Assembly: GCA_963663405.2 (NCBI GenBank)
Contig: CAXXSM010000024.1
Span: 1-25,662 of the forward strand
Source of the DNA: a bacterium
GTDB lineage: Bacteria; Hinthialibacterota; Hinthialibacteria; Hinthialibacterales; Hinthialibacteraceae
Reading direction: 5' to 3'
Length of the DNA: 25,662 nucleotides
Made by a program: the position numbers and the translations under genes. The notes below the pieces were generated by a model. It worked only from the letters and a program-made list of their open reading frames with translations, was not told the DNA's origin and made no database searches. This document shows, one piece after another, positions 10,174 to 19,793 of this stretch. How positions within the stretch are numbered: position 1 is the stretch's first letter; each line of letters opens with the position of its first letter.

Positions 10174-11250
10174 TTATGAATATTGATTTCGGATGCGGAT
10201 TGTAGCGTCAAGATTATCAATAAAAATATCCAGCAACGCCGGATCAAAATGTTTTCCCCGGCCCTCCTTCATGATGCCCATAACCTTCTCCATCGGGAAA
10301 GCGGGTTTATAAGGCCGTGGGCTCAATAGCGCGTCAAACACATCCGTCACCGCGCAAATCCGCCCCCATAAAGGAATATCTTCACCACTCAGCCCTTTAG
10401 GATACCCGCTGCCGTCCCACTTTTCGTGATGAGAGAGAGCAATCACTTCCCCCGCTTTCAGAAACTCAGAGGGTGAACCTTCTAAAATCTGCCCTCCAAT
10501 AATCGTATGTCTCTTCATAATGTCAAATTCTTCATCTGTCAATTTACCCGGTTTAAACAAGATCTCATCGGGGATTCCGATTTTACCCACATCATGCATG
10601 GGCACCGCTTCCCGGATGATCTCAACCTCACCCGCGGGAAAATGAAGTTTTTCCGCCAACAATCCGCTGATTAAACTCACCCGTTGGATGTGATTGGCCG
10701 TATCGTCATCTCGATATTCCGCCGCGATAGCGAGACGCCGGATCGTGTCGAGGTGCGCTTCGTTTGTTTTTCGTTGGGCGTCGGCGATCTCTTCCAAAGC
10801 CTTTCGCAGCGCCTGTGTACGATGATTAACCTTCTGTTCCAGATCTTCCTGGTACCGTTTGATCTGATCCTGCGCCTCTTTCTGCTTTAATAATGACGCG
10901 GTCCGAATACGCAGTTCCGTTTCATCCGCCGGTTTCCCCACAAAATCATTGACACCGACCTCCACGGCGCGCAGGCGGTCAGAGCGGTCCGTGTTGCCTG
11001 TAATCATACAGATCGGCAAATCCGAAACGGTTGGATCGGAACGAATACGGCGCGCCACTTCAAATCCATCCATTCCCGGCATCTGCACGTCGAGTAATAT
11101 CAAATCGATATCCAAATGGATTTTCGCTAACGCCTCAAATCCATCCCGCGCGGTTTCGGTTTCATATCCAAAAAACTGGATCGTCATCGCCAAAAGATCC
11201 CTAACCGCATTATCATCATCTACAACAAGAACGCGTTGTTTTCTATTCAT
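10174..11250 (-). CDS. Response regulator with HD-GYP cyclic-di-GMP phosphodiesterase domain (RpfG-like)
   Basis: REC motifs VLVVDDD and LLDVQMPGMDG; intact MHDVGKIG and HHEKWDGSGYP. Confidence 0.95.
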   Translation of the reverse strand: MNRKQRVLVVDDDNAVRDLLAMTIQFFGYETETARDGFEALAKIHLDIDLILLDVQMPGMDGFEVARRIRSDPTVSDLPICMITGNTDRSDRLRAVEVGVNDFVGKPADETELRIRTASLLKQKEAQDQIKRYQEDLEQKVNHRTQALRKALEEIADAQRKTNEAHLDTIRRLAIAAEYRDDDTANHIQRVSLISGLLAEKLHFPAGEVEIIREAVPMHDVGKIGIPDEILFKPGKLTDEEFDIMKRHTIIGGQILEGSPSEFLKAGEVIALSHHEKWDGSGYPKGLSGEDIPLWGRICAVTDVFDALLSPRPYKPAFPMEKVMGIMKEGRGKHFDPALLDIFIDNLDATIRIRNQYS

Positions 11251-11472
11251 AATCACGTCTGATCAACAGAAACTTTTTCTCTTAAGTATTTATATTACAT
11301 GTGGAAAAGAGAATGGGAAGCGGCAAGACATAGATTTCATGGCATCTTGATTTCCCACTATTGACAAACAAAAAAAGAAACGTACAGCGGTCCCTTTACG
11401 CAAGGAATTCCATAGCTCATGAAGGTTTTACATTCATGAAACCATTCCCGCTTTCCAACCGCTTCTACTCCT

Positions 11473-12417
11473 TTAAAAAACAACTTTTTCGATCGCCGCC
11501 TTCGTCCAAAGAACAGCCTGCCAATCATCTTTTTTAATCGCATCGGCGGAAGATTGACTTCCTTCCCGCCTCATACCGGACTCGATCCCCCAAAATCCCG
11601 TATACCCCGCCTGTTTCGATAGGGTCAACAACTTTTCCAAACTGTACTGAGGATGAGTCCCATCGGGGAGCCAACCGGCTTTGACAGAAATTCCTTTTGC
11701 ATAGGGCATAGCCAACCGGACCGCTTCTTCAATCTCTTTTTCCGTTTTGAGATGATAATTCCCATAATCGGGGAGAATTCCAAAGTGGGGGCTATCGATT
11801 TTTTTACACAATGCGGGCAGCCATTCCGGATGCGACGACAAACCGCCATGATTCTCAATCACCACATTAATCCGGCTCTCTTTCGCATAATCGATCAGCG
11901 CGTTAAACGATTCCGCCGCCCGGTCCAACGCGTCTGGATCAGCGCTGGGTGAATTGCCGCCCCCCCGCGCGTTGCAACGTATGGCGTGACAGCCGAGAAA
12001 CGCGGCAATATCCACCCATTTCCGATGATTGACCGCCGCCTGCATCCGCACGCTTTTATCTTTTGAAACCATATCCCCTTCCTCATCCACCATGATCAAC
12101 ACATTCTTTACGCCATGATCGGCGGCGGTTTTATTCAAACGCTTCAGATAGGTTTCCACAGGAACTTCAAAAAATGAGGTGACATATTCAATTCCATCAA
12201 TCCCGAAATCTTCCCGGCAGATGCGCGCTACATCCGTCAATTTCCACACCCCCGCGCGGAAACTGCGGACTATTGACCATGTCGCCAAAGAGATCGCGTT
12301 TTCCTGTGGGCGCGGATAAGCCACGGCGGTTTGCGTCAGCGCAGAAGAAACAGCGCCCAACGCCAGCCCGGCGCCTGCGAAACGTTGAATAAACTCTCGT
12401 CGACTTGATAGTTGCAT
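11473..12417 (-). CDS. Tat-exported sugar phosphate isomerase/epimerase (xylose-isomerase-like TIM barrel)
   Basis: Twin-arginine SRREFI signal; IENHGG, LPDYGN and WGIE metal-ligand motifs; AAGGAG SD. Confidence 0.88.
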   Translation of the reverse strand: MQLSSRREFIQRFAGAGLALGAVSSALTQTAVAYPRPQENAISLATWSIVRSFRAGVWKLTDVARICREDFGIDGIEYVTSFFEVPVETYLKRLNKTAADHGVKNVLIMVDEEGDMVSKDKSVRMQAAVNHRKWVDIAAFLGCHAIRCNARGGGNSPSADPDALDRAAESFNALIDYAKESRINVVIENHGGLSSHPEWLPALCKKIDSPHFGILPDYGNYHLKTEKEIEEAVRLAMPYAKGISVKAGWLPDGTHPQYSLEKLLTLSKQAGYTGFWGIESGMRREGSQSSADAIKKDDWQAVLWTKAAIEKVVF

Positions 12418-12666
12418 GGATTTTCTCCTTATTTTTTAGAGAATATAAATCATATCATATTTTTATTTATAAATTCCCCCACGCGAAGTTAAGGTAAGAA
12501 TCCTCACGTACTGGCAATGTATCATACTCATTCCCATTTCAGAAAGCCAGACACAACAATTCTAAAATTCACGATCGTTTTTGAAAAATCGTATCTGCGT
12601 CATGTTCCCCAGATTTGATCTAAATCAATATTATATTATTATATAAAACTCAAGAAAGGAAAAGAC

Positions 12667-15600
12667 ATGATAAAACATTATATTCCCATCATACTTGGAT
12701 GCTTGTCTGTTTTCGGGCAAGTTCATGCAAAGGAGTTTCACGCGCCTCCCACGCCCGAATCGAATTGCGCAGGAAGCGTCTTTTATGTTTCCAAATTGGG
12801 AGACAACACAGACGGCTCATCATGGATAAAGGCGTTTCATACGATCCAAGCGGCGCTTGACGCAATCCCAGATGACAAAGGCGGTCACCGGATACTCATC
12901 CGGCCGGACACCTATATGGAAGCGATGCTCTCTCCCGCTTTCAGCGGCGCCGCAGGCGCGTATAACGAATTGATCGGAGACGTGGACGGCCGCCAAGGTT
13001 CCGGCGCTGCGGGACGCGTTATTATTGACTCTGGTGATCCGGCCAAAGGATTCAAAAGCTATGACTGGTGGGGACCGATACGAGCCAACCAGGAAGGCTG
13101 GTCGAAAGAACATACAGATCCGACATTCTCTTCCATCATTTGGGATCGTTGGATACTGCGCAATCTATACGTGACCGGTTCAGACGGTGGATTGTTTTGG
13201 GATTGCACGAACCGCATTGAACCATTCACGGTGATCGTCGAAGATTGCATGAGTATGGGACGGGCGTTTGGAGGGGGTGTAGCCAGCTGCCTCTCCCGCA
13301 CGGAAGAACCGATCGTATTCCGCCGCTGTCATCTCTGGGCGCTGGACTGGTGGGGCGATACGGCTGGCGCGTATGTGCGGGTAGAGAATCCCAAAATGCC
13401 CGATCGGCCCGATATCTACTTTGAAGACTGTACGATGGTAAGCCCGCAATGCGCGCTCAAAGGAGGCAACTATGGGTTTCACACCTTTATGCGTGTCAAA
13501 ACCGAACGTTGCCGTCTGGTTGCGCTCAATTTCTCTCAACCCCAGGGCACACCAACCGATGGAATCATTCAAAGCGTCCAAAATGGAAAATACCTCCATG
13601 TAGATTTAGAAGACACCACGGTGATGGGATTCAAAGTATTTGGCGTCAAAGTCGATAAAGACAGCGCAAGCGAAATTCAATATACCACCAAAGGAGCCGT
13701 GCAAGCCTACGTTCAATTTACACAGGACATTCCAAAAGGCTTTCACCGCCTTGTCCATTGGCCCACGTATGTATTCGACACGATCCTGCCCCCACCCAAA
13801 ATCTCACCGGCTCTCCGATTAATGCAATCCACAGAGTTGATCCGCAAAGACATGTGCGAACTCTCTCCCATCGTCTGGAAAGACCGGCTATTGCACATGG
13901 ATTGCGTTCGCCCAGCGCACGGCGGCGCGCGGGCTGATTATTACCTGCGGCTCAGCGATTCGGAGACAGGAGAAGAAATGGCGCGATTCGCCGAAGGCTA
14001 TGGACTCGCCTGCGCATTCGTCTACAAAGACACTTTCTACGCCTTCGCCTCTCGATTTGAAAATAACGATTGGAACGACGTCACCCTATTCAAGTCCTCA
14101 GACTTAAAACACTGGGAATCCAAACAAGTCATCCAGCAGGAGAAAGAACACCTATTCAACAGTTCCGTATGCAAAGGACCGGATGGTTTCATCATGGCGT
14201 ATGAGTCCAATGATCCAACTTATCCCCCCTTCACCACCAAATTCGCCGTTTCAAAAGATCTCGAAACGTGGACAAAAATTCCTGACGCGATCTTTGGCAC
14301 GGACCGCTACACGGCGTGCCCCTGCATACGATACGCCAACGGCTGCTACTACGTCTTGTATCTTGAACACCGCTCTCCCCGGCACTATTTCGAGACATAC
14401 ATCACCCGGTCAAAAGATTTGAAACACTGGGAACGCAGTTCCGCCAATCCCGTCTTGATTCCTTTTGAGATCGATGATGGGATCAACGCCTCCGATCCGG
14501 ATTTGGTAGAATGGCAGGGAAAGACCTATATTTATTACGCTGTGGGTGACCAATTGACATGGATGAACTTGAAACGATGCGCCTATCCCGGTCCCCTAAG
14601 TGAATACTTGGAATCGTGGTACAAAAATCCCGGTATACCCGATCCAGGCGATTACAACGGATTCCAACAACGCAAAGCAAAAGAAAATTCAGCCCGTCTC
14701 GACGCGGAACGAGAGCGGCGTCTCGCATGGTTCCGCGAAGCTAAATTCGGGATGTTCATCCATTGGGGCTTATACGCCGTTCATGGCAAAAATGATAAGG
14801 GCCCCTATGTTTCGTGGAGCATGGAAAACGAAAAAATCCCCGTAGACGAGTATAAAAAATACGCCGCCCAATTCTCTCCTTCCCAATTCAAAGCGGCGGA
14901 GTGGGTGGACATCGCAAAATCGGCGGGAATGCGCTACATGATCTTGACGTCGAAACACCATGAAGGATTCTGCATGTTCGACAGCGCGTTAACGGATTAC
15001 AACGCGAAACAATGCGCGGCGGGACGCGATTTTGTCCGCGAACTAATCAAAGCCGCGCGCGCCAAAGAGATGAAGATCGGTTTCTACTATTCCATGCTGG
15101 ATTGGTACCAACCTGACTTTAAAACAAACTTAGCCAAGTATGTCGATCAATACATGTTTCCCCAAGTCCGCGAATTATGTTCAAATTATGGCCCTATCGA
15201 CTGTCTCTGGTTTGATGGCGAATGGGATCATCCCGCCGATACATGGCGCGCGCCCGAATTAATCGAAATGATCCGCGGGTTACAACCTAACATTCTCATC
15301 AACGACCGTCTTGGAAAAAATGAGCGGGGCAAGACAACGCTCTGTGACTTCTACACACGGGAGCAACTGAGTGAAATTCGCCACACGATGGAATTCGAAA
15401 AACGGAAAGCCATCCCCTGGGAAGCGTGCATGACCATTGGAGAGTCATGGGGATACAGGCGGGACGATACAAAACTTAAAAGTGGAGCCGAACTGATCCG
15501 CGCCCTAGTCAGCGTTGTAAGCCGGGGTGGAAACCTGCTTTTAAACGTAGGGCCGAATCCAGAGGGTAAAATCCCCCAACCACTTGTCTCCCGGCTCCAA

Positions 15601-15933
15601 GAAATAGGCGCTTGGCTGGAGAGCAACGGTGAGTCGATTTACGGCGCGGAACGCTCCCCCTTTCAAAACCTGCCGGCCGGCAAGTGCACGGCCAAAGGAA
15701 ACCGGATCTACATCCATCTGGAATCCCATCCAGGAACGCCTCTACAGTTACCCGGTCTCAAAAATAATATAAAACAGGCGTGGTTCCTGAAGACAAAACA
15801 GGAGATCCCATTCGATAACCAAAAGAAAACCATCGCATTACCGGAAACTCTCTGCGATCCTATCGTCTGCACTGTAGCGGTGGAATTAGAAGGAAAAGCG
15901 AAAATCCAATCCTCCAAATCAAACCCAAAATAA
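12667..15933 (+). CDS. Secreted multidomain protein: beta-helix-like N-domain, glycosidase-like beta-propeller, C-terminal GH29 alpha-L-fucosidase
   Basis: Signal peptide; YVSKLGDNTDGSSWIKAFHTIQAA; repeated S(x)DLxxW boxes and NASDPDL in the middle; WFREAKFGMFIHWG, TSKHHEGF, WFDG, GGNLLLNVGP at the end. Confidence 0.9.
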   Translation: MIKHYIPIILGCLSVFGQVHAKEFHAPPTPESNCAGSVFYVSKLGDNTDGSSWIKAFHTIQAALDAIPDDKGGHRILIRPDTYMEAMLSPAFSGAAGAYNELIGDVDGRQGSGAAGRVIIDSGDPAKGFKSYDWWGPIRANQEGWSKEHTDPTFSSIIWDRWILRNLYVTGSDGGLFWDCTNRIEPFTVIVEDCMSMGRAFGGGVASCLSRTEEPIVFRRCHLWALDWWGDTAGAYVRVENPKMPDRPDIYFEDCTMVSPQCALKGGNYGFHTFMRVKTERCRLVALNFSQPQGTPTDGIIQSVQNGKYLHVDLEDTTVMGFKVFGVKVDKDSASEIQYTTKGAVQAYVQFTQDIPKGFHRLVHWPTYVFDTILPPPKISPALRLMQSTELIRKDMCELSPIVWKDRLLHMDCVRPAHGGARADYYLRLSDSETGEEMARFAEGYGLACAFVYKDTFYAFASRFENNDWNDVTLFKSSDLKHWESKQVIQQEKEHLFNSSVCKGPDGFIMAYESNDPTYPPFTTKFAVSKDLETWTKIPDAIFGTDRYTACPCIRYANGCYYVLYLEHRSPRHYFETYITRSKDLKHWERSSANPVLIPFEIDDGINASDPDLVEWQGKTYIYYAVGDQLTWMNLKRCAYPGPLSEYLESWYKNPGIPDPGDYNGFQQRKAKENSARLDAERERRLAWFREAKFGMFIHWGLYAVHGKNDKGPYVSWSMENEKIPVDEYKKYAAQFSPSQFKAAEWVDIAKSAGMRYMILTSKHHEGFCMFDSALTDYNAKQCAAGRDFVRELIKAARAKEMKIGFYYSMLDWYQPDFKTNLAKYVDQYMFPQVRELCSNYGPIDCLWFDGEWDHPADTWRAPELIEMIRGLQPNILINDRLGKNERGKTTLCDFYTREQLSEIRHTMEFEKRKAIPWEACMTIGESWGYRRDDTKLKSGAELIRALVSVVSRGGNLLLNVGPNPEGKIPQPLVSRLQEIGAWLESNGESIYGAERSPFQNLPAGKCTAKGNRIYIHLESHPGTPLQLPGLKNNIKQAWFLKTKQEIPFDNQKKTIALPETLCDPIVCTVAVELEGKAKIQSSKSNPK

Positions 15934-15941
15934 GAATACAG

Positions 15942-16389
15942 CGGGCACCCAGGGCAAGGCTTTTTTCTGCCCTGGCATCAATCCCACAAACCAAATGGAA
16001 CGCGGGCGTCCCCGCCCGTGATTGATAGAACACTACCCCCTGCGATGAGCCAATGGGCGCATAGACCAGCATTCATCTAGATTCACGGGTACCCAGGGCA
16101 AGGCTTTTTTCTGCCCTGGCGTTATTCCCACAAACCAAATGGAACGCGGGCGTCCCCGCCCGTGATTGATAGAACACTACCCCCTGCGATAAATCAATGG
16201 GCACCCAGATCAAGTACCGGCGCTACGGGTACCCAGGGCAAGGCTTTTTTCTGCCCTGGCATCAATCCCACAAACCAAATGGAGCGCGGGCGTCCCCGCC
16301 CGTGATTGATAGAACACTACCCCCTGCGATAAATCAATGGGCGTCCAGATCAAGTACCGGCGCATAGACCAGCATTCATCTAGATTCAC
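15942..16389. repeat. Tandem array A: three 140-144 bp BIME-like units between convergent genes
   Basis: Hairpin CCAGGGCA-AGGCTTTTTTC-TGCCCTGG starts at 15949, 16093 and 16233. Each unit also has CGGGCG-TCCC-CGCCCG and a shared TGATTGATAGAACACTACCCCCTGCGAT. Confidence 0.95.
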
Positions 16390-17839
16390 TAATAATCGGC
16401 GATGAAGATCGTTCTTTATCCATCCGCTTCCACGTCAATAAACGAAGCCCCGCTTTAGCTTTCTTCTTGAATTCCTTCCAGCTCCGCAAAGCCAGCAGAC
16501 GTTTCAAAATATAACCAGGCCGGGTGTAAAACCGCCGGTATCCATCACGCATCAATTCAATCAGTTCATCCCGCGATAACACTTGATCCCAAACCCGCGG
16601 CACAAATCCCGGTTGAGGATCCTTGGCGAATTCCTTCCAAAAATCATGGCTGTACAATCCATTATCCAACCCCCACTGGTACAATTCCGTGCTGGGAAAA
16701 GGAGTCGTGATCGCAATGTGTACGTAATCCGCCGCAATCGAACAGGCGAAACGAATGGTATCCTCCATTTGTTCAGGAGTTTCATCGGGGAAACCAAGCA
16801 TGAAATACCCCAGCGTGGATATCCCACGATCGCGGGTCATTTGAAAAACTTGTTTCGTATGTTCCAGCGTGATGTTTTTTCGAATGGTTTTTAAGATTTC
16901 CGGATTCCCTGATTCCACGCCGTAGTGAATCCGCGAACAGCCCGCCGACGCGAGCGCGTCTAATACTTCCTCATCGATCGTGTTGATATGAGCCCGAATA
17001 TCCCAATGGATGTTAAGCCGGCGTTCATTAATCGCTCGGCAGACTTTCAAAACCCGATCTTTTTTGATCGTAAATGTGTCGTCGTAGACGAAGATCTCTC
17101 CAATCCCCGACTCACGGCAAACCGCCATTTCTTCAACCACACTCTCCGCGCTGCGATACCGGAACTGTTTCCCTAAATGAGGGCGGTCGCAATACACACA
17201 GCGCATGGGACAGCCCCGGCTGGTCATCATCGTCGTGATCGGGCTGCTCGTTGCAAGAACGGAATTGTACCGGTCCTGCTGGATCAGATGACGCGCGGGC
17301 ATGGGAAGCCGGTCAAGATCCTGAATTAAAGGCGGTGATGGATTGAGATGGAGTCCTCCCCCGTTTTTATACCCCAATCCAGCGATGGTCCGGAGATCAC
17401 CACTCCCCGCCAATGCGGCGGCGAGATCGCTGAAACTCTCTTCCGCCTCTCCCCGGATAATATAATCAACGTGGGGAATCCCCAACGTCTCCTCCGGGAA
17501 GATATACACATGCGGCCCCCCGATAACCACGGGGATCGAAGAGTCCACCCGTTTAATCGCTTTCGCCGTCAAGATCGTGTCAATGATCGTAAACGTCGTC
17601 GCGGAAATCCCTACAAGATCGGGTTTCCGACGGCGAATTTCCTCTTCTAAATCCTCCTGGGAGATCCGTTCAGCGGGACAATCAAGCACCTCAACCTGCG
17701 CGGACGTTTTCCGCTCCGCGAAACTGGCCACATACAGCAATCCCAACGGGGGATAAACACCGCTCTCTTCATCGACCACCGAAGGCACATTCGTGGTGAT
17801 CATATTGTTTTCCGGCGGCTGGATCAGCAGGATTTTCAT
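16376..17839 (-). CDS. Cobalamin-binding radical SAM protein
   Basis: YPPLGLLYVA and VIGGPH B12-binding region; TSRGCPMRCVYC (CxxxCxxC); YDDTF; GVESG. Confidence 0.93.
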   Translation of the reverse strand: MKILLIQPPENNMITTNVPSVVDEESGVYPPLGLLYVASFAERKTSAQVEVLDCPAERISQEDLEEEIRRRKPDLVGISATTFTIIDTILTAKAIKRVDSSIPVVIGGPHVYIFPEETLGIPHVDYIIRGEAEESFSDLAAALAGSGDLRTIAGLGYKNGGGLHLNPSPPLIQDLDRLPMPARHLIQQDRYNSVLATSSPITTMMTSRGCPMRCVYCDRPHLGKQFRYRSAESVVEEMAVCRESGIGEIFVYDDTFTIKKDRVLKVCRAINERRLNIHWDIRAHINTIDEEVLDALASAGCSRIHYGVESGNPEILKTIRKNITLEHTKQVFQMTRDRGISTLGYFMLGFPDETPEQMEDTIRFACSIAADYVHIAITTPFPSTELYQWGLDNGLYSHDFWKEFAKDPQPGFVPRVWDQVLSRDELIELMRDGYRRFYTRPGYILKRLLALRSWKEFKKKAKAGLRLLTWKRMDKERSSSPIISESR

Positions 17840-17941
17840 AATTCTCTCAATCGGTTCAAAGTATCACGTTCCTTTTTCATTATATCGCAAAGCAGATTAT
17901 TCCCAATCAATCCAGCGGAAAATCATTTGAAGCGCGAGAAA

Positions 17942-18520
17942 GCGGATAACCAGAGAAAAATACAGCGCTTGTGACGGAGCCTTTAGTTTCATCTGCCCTG
18001 GTTCTACGTTCCCCAAATTACACGATCCAAAAAATAGACGCCTTTTCAAGTCATCTATACAACAAAATCAAGGGACAAGAGGGTGCCCAGGGCAAGGCTT
18101 TTTTCTGCCCTGGCTACGTTCCGGAAATTATACGATCCAAAATATAAACTCCTTTTCAAGTCATCTATACAACAAAATCAAGGGACAAGAGGGTGCCCAG
18201 GGCAAGGCTTTTTTCTGCCCTGGCTACGTTCCGGAAATTATACGATCCAAAATATAAACTCCTTTTCAAGTCATCTATACAACAAAATCAAGGGACAAGA
18301 GGGTGCCCAGGGCAAGGCTTTTTTCTGCCCTGGCTACGTTCCGGAAATTATACGATCCAAAATATAAACTCCTTTTCAAGTCATCTATACAACAAAAACA
18401 AAGAACAAGCGGGTGCCCAGGGCAAGGCTTTTTTCTGCCCTGGCTACGCTCCGGAAATTATACGATCCAAAATATAAACTCCTTTTCAAGTCATCTATAC
18501 AACAAAAATAAGGGACAAGC
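17942..18520. repeat. Tandem array B: 110-bp units carrying the same hairpin as array A
   Basis: GGGTGCCCAGGGCAAGGCTTTTTTCTGCCCTGGC at 18081, 18191, 18301 and 18411. Units 18051-18380 read as three identical copies, the fourth has a few substitutions, and a decayed long-form copy lies at 17942-18001. Confidence 0.95.
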
Positions 18521-18535
18521 GTTCGCCCGTCCCTT
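18500..18535 (-). terminator. Intrinsic terminator after rplL
   Basis: Minus strand AAGGGACGGGC-GAAC-GCTTGTCCCTT (two G-U pairs) followed by ATTTTTGTTG. Confidence 0.7.
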
Positions 18536-18567
18536 GATACTGTTTACAGTCTTGATTTCGAAGAATC

Positions 18568-18954
18568 TTATTTAATTTCGACCGTCGCGCCGACTTCTTC
18601 GAGTTTCGCTTTAACTTCGTCGGCTTCTTCTTTCGAAACGCCTTCTTTGACTGGTTTAGGAGCTTCATCGACAAGCGCTTTGGCTTCTTTAAGACCGAGG
18701 CTGGTCAATTCACGCACGACTTTGATGACTTTAATCTTCTGTGAACCGGCGCCCGCGAGAACGACGTCGAATTCCGTCTTTTCTTCCGCCGCGGCGCCCG
18801 CATCCGCGCCTGGAGCGGCCATCATAGCGCCCGCCATCGGAATAGCGGCTGTCACGCCGAATTTCTCTTCAAATTCATCCGCCAGTTCTTTCGCTTCCAA
18901 CAAGGTCAAACTTCCGATTTCTTCTAAAATCTTTTCAATTTTCTCACTAGCCAT
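18568..18954 (-). CDS. rplL: 50S ribosomal protein L7/L12
   Basis: [46 protein letters not shown] 18954 follows GGAGA. Confidence 0.98.
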   Translation of the reverse strand: MASEKIEKILEEIGSLTLLEAKELADEFEEKFGVTAAIPMAGAMMAAPGADAGAAAEEKTEFDVVLAGAGSQKIKVIKVVRELTSLGLKEAKALVDEAPKPVKEGVSKEEADEVKAKLEEVGATVEIK

Positions 18955-19016
18955 TTTTACTATCTCCAATCATTTTTTAATTGTTTTCTTTCTTTATACG
19001 CTGCGTAGAGAATCAA

Positions 19017-19547
19017 TCACGCCGCGTCTTCTATTTTTTCCGCAAGCGCTTTAATCAATCCATGCAGTTTCTGATGCGCGCCTTTCACGCAGCCAAGAAT
19101 ATTGCTGGCCGGGGCTTTGATCCCACCAAGGATTTTCGCATACAGCTGGTCCTTGGGAGGGATTTTCGACAGCTGCTCCACTTGAGCCGCATCCAGAAAC
19201 GTATCATTCACCACGCCCGCCTTGATCTTCAAGTTCTCATGTTCTTTGACGAAATCCATCAAATTTTTCACAGGCGCTACAGGATCGTCGCCGGAGAAAA
19301 TAATGGCGTTCGGGCCGGTAAGGTGTTCGTTCAGTTCCGGATAGGGCCGGTCTTCAATCGCCCGTTTCAGCATACGGTTCTTCACAACCCGTGTTACGCC
19401 ACCAGCCTCCCGGATTTTATTCCGCAGGTTCGTTACTTCTTCGACTGTAATTCCACGGTATTCAAAAATGACAAATCCCGCGGATTGATCGATGATCCCT
19501 TTGTATTCATCCGTAAGTTCTTTTTTCTGAGTCCGATTCAACGGCAT
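19017..19547 (-). CDS. rplJ: 50S ribosomal protein L10
   Basis: EYRGITVEEVTNLR, RVVKNRM, LTGPNAI; adjacent to rplL; GAGGAGG SD before ATG 19547. Confidence 0.96.
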   Translation of the reverse strand: MPLNRTQKKELTDEYKGIIDQSAGFVIFEYRGITVEEVTNLRNKIREAGGVTRVVKNRMLKRAIEDRPYPELNEHLTGPNAIIFSGDDPVAPVKNLMDFVKEHENLKIKAGVVNDTFLDAAQVEQLSKIPPKDQLYAKILGGIKAPASNILGCVKGAHQKLHGLIKALAEKIEDAA

Positions 19548-19664
19548 TCTACCAATCACCTCCTCATCCTATGATTTGAAAAATTTATTACTTATATCCT
19601 AGTTCATCCAGTATGAGAATACGTTTCTTAAAACAATCTGTACTTATAAAAAAAAGAAACGAGT

Positions 19665-19723
19665 GGGTGGCAAGGGCAAGTACCGGCGCTAGCGCCGGAG
19701 CCTTTACTTTCATCTGCCCTTGC
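19665..19723. repeat. Long-form member of the array hairpin family with a nested palindrome
   Basis: Outer stem GCAAGGGCA/TGCCCTTGC encloses the perfect 16-bp palindrome CCGGCGCTAGCGCCGG (19683-19698). Confidence 0.85.
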
Positions 19724-19793
19724 ATAATTCCAAACCACATTTGATAAACGCAACAACCGGATACCTTTTCCTATTCCACATTCAATACACGTT

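Noticed and set aside
15942-16389. Array A as a CRISPR or integron cassette array
   Set aside because: The units are near-identical over most of their length, with no unique spacers, cassette ORFs, attC core sites or integrase.
16339-18001. Radical SAM gene inserted into the centre of one split long-form repeat
   Set aside because: The apparent right half at 17975-18001 extends leftwards as a decayed but complete element (22 of 32 identities without gaps), so it is not the partner of the left half at 16339-16363.
17942-18520. Array B as a CRISPR array (palindromic 34-bp repeat at fixed period)
   Set aside because: The intervening sequences are identical rather than unique, are about 75 bp long, derive from local DNA, and no cas genes are in the window.
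18083-18575. Three overlapping near-identical 90-94 aa ORFs
   Set aside because: Artefact of a 110-bp repeat cycling through reading frames; no SD or protein-like features.
19648-19723. Terminator separating the phosphatase from rplJ
   Set aside because: On the minus strand the U-tract starts about 10 nt after the stem, so the geometry is non-canonical. Not called, though partial termination cannot be excluded.
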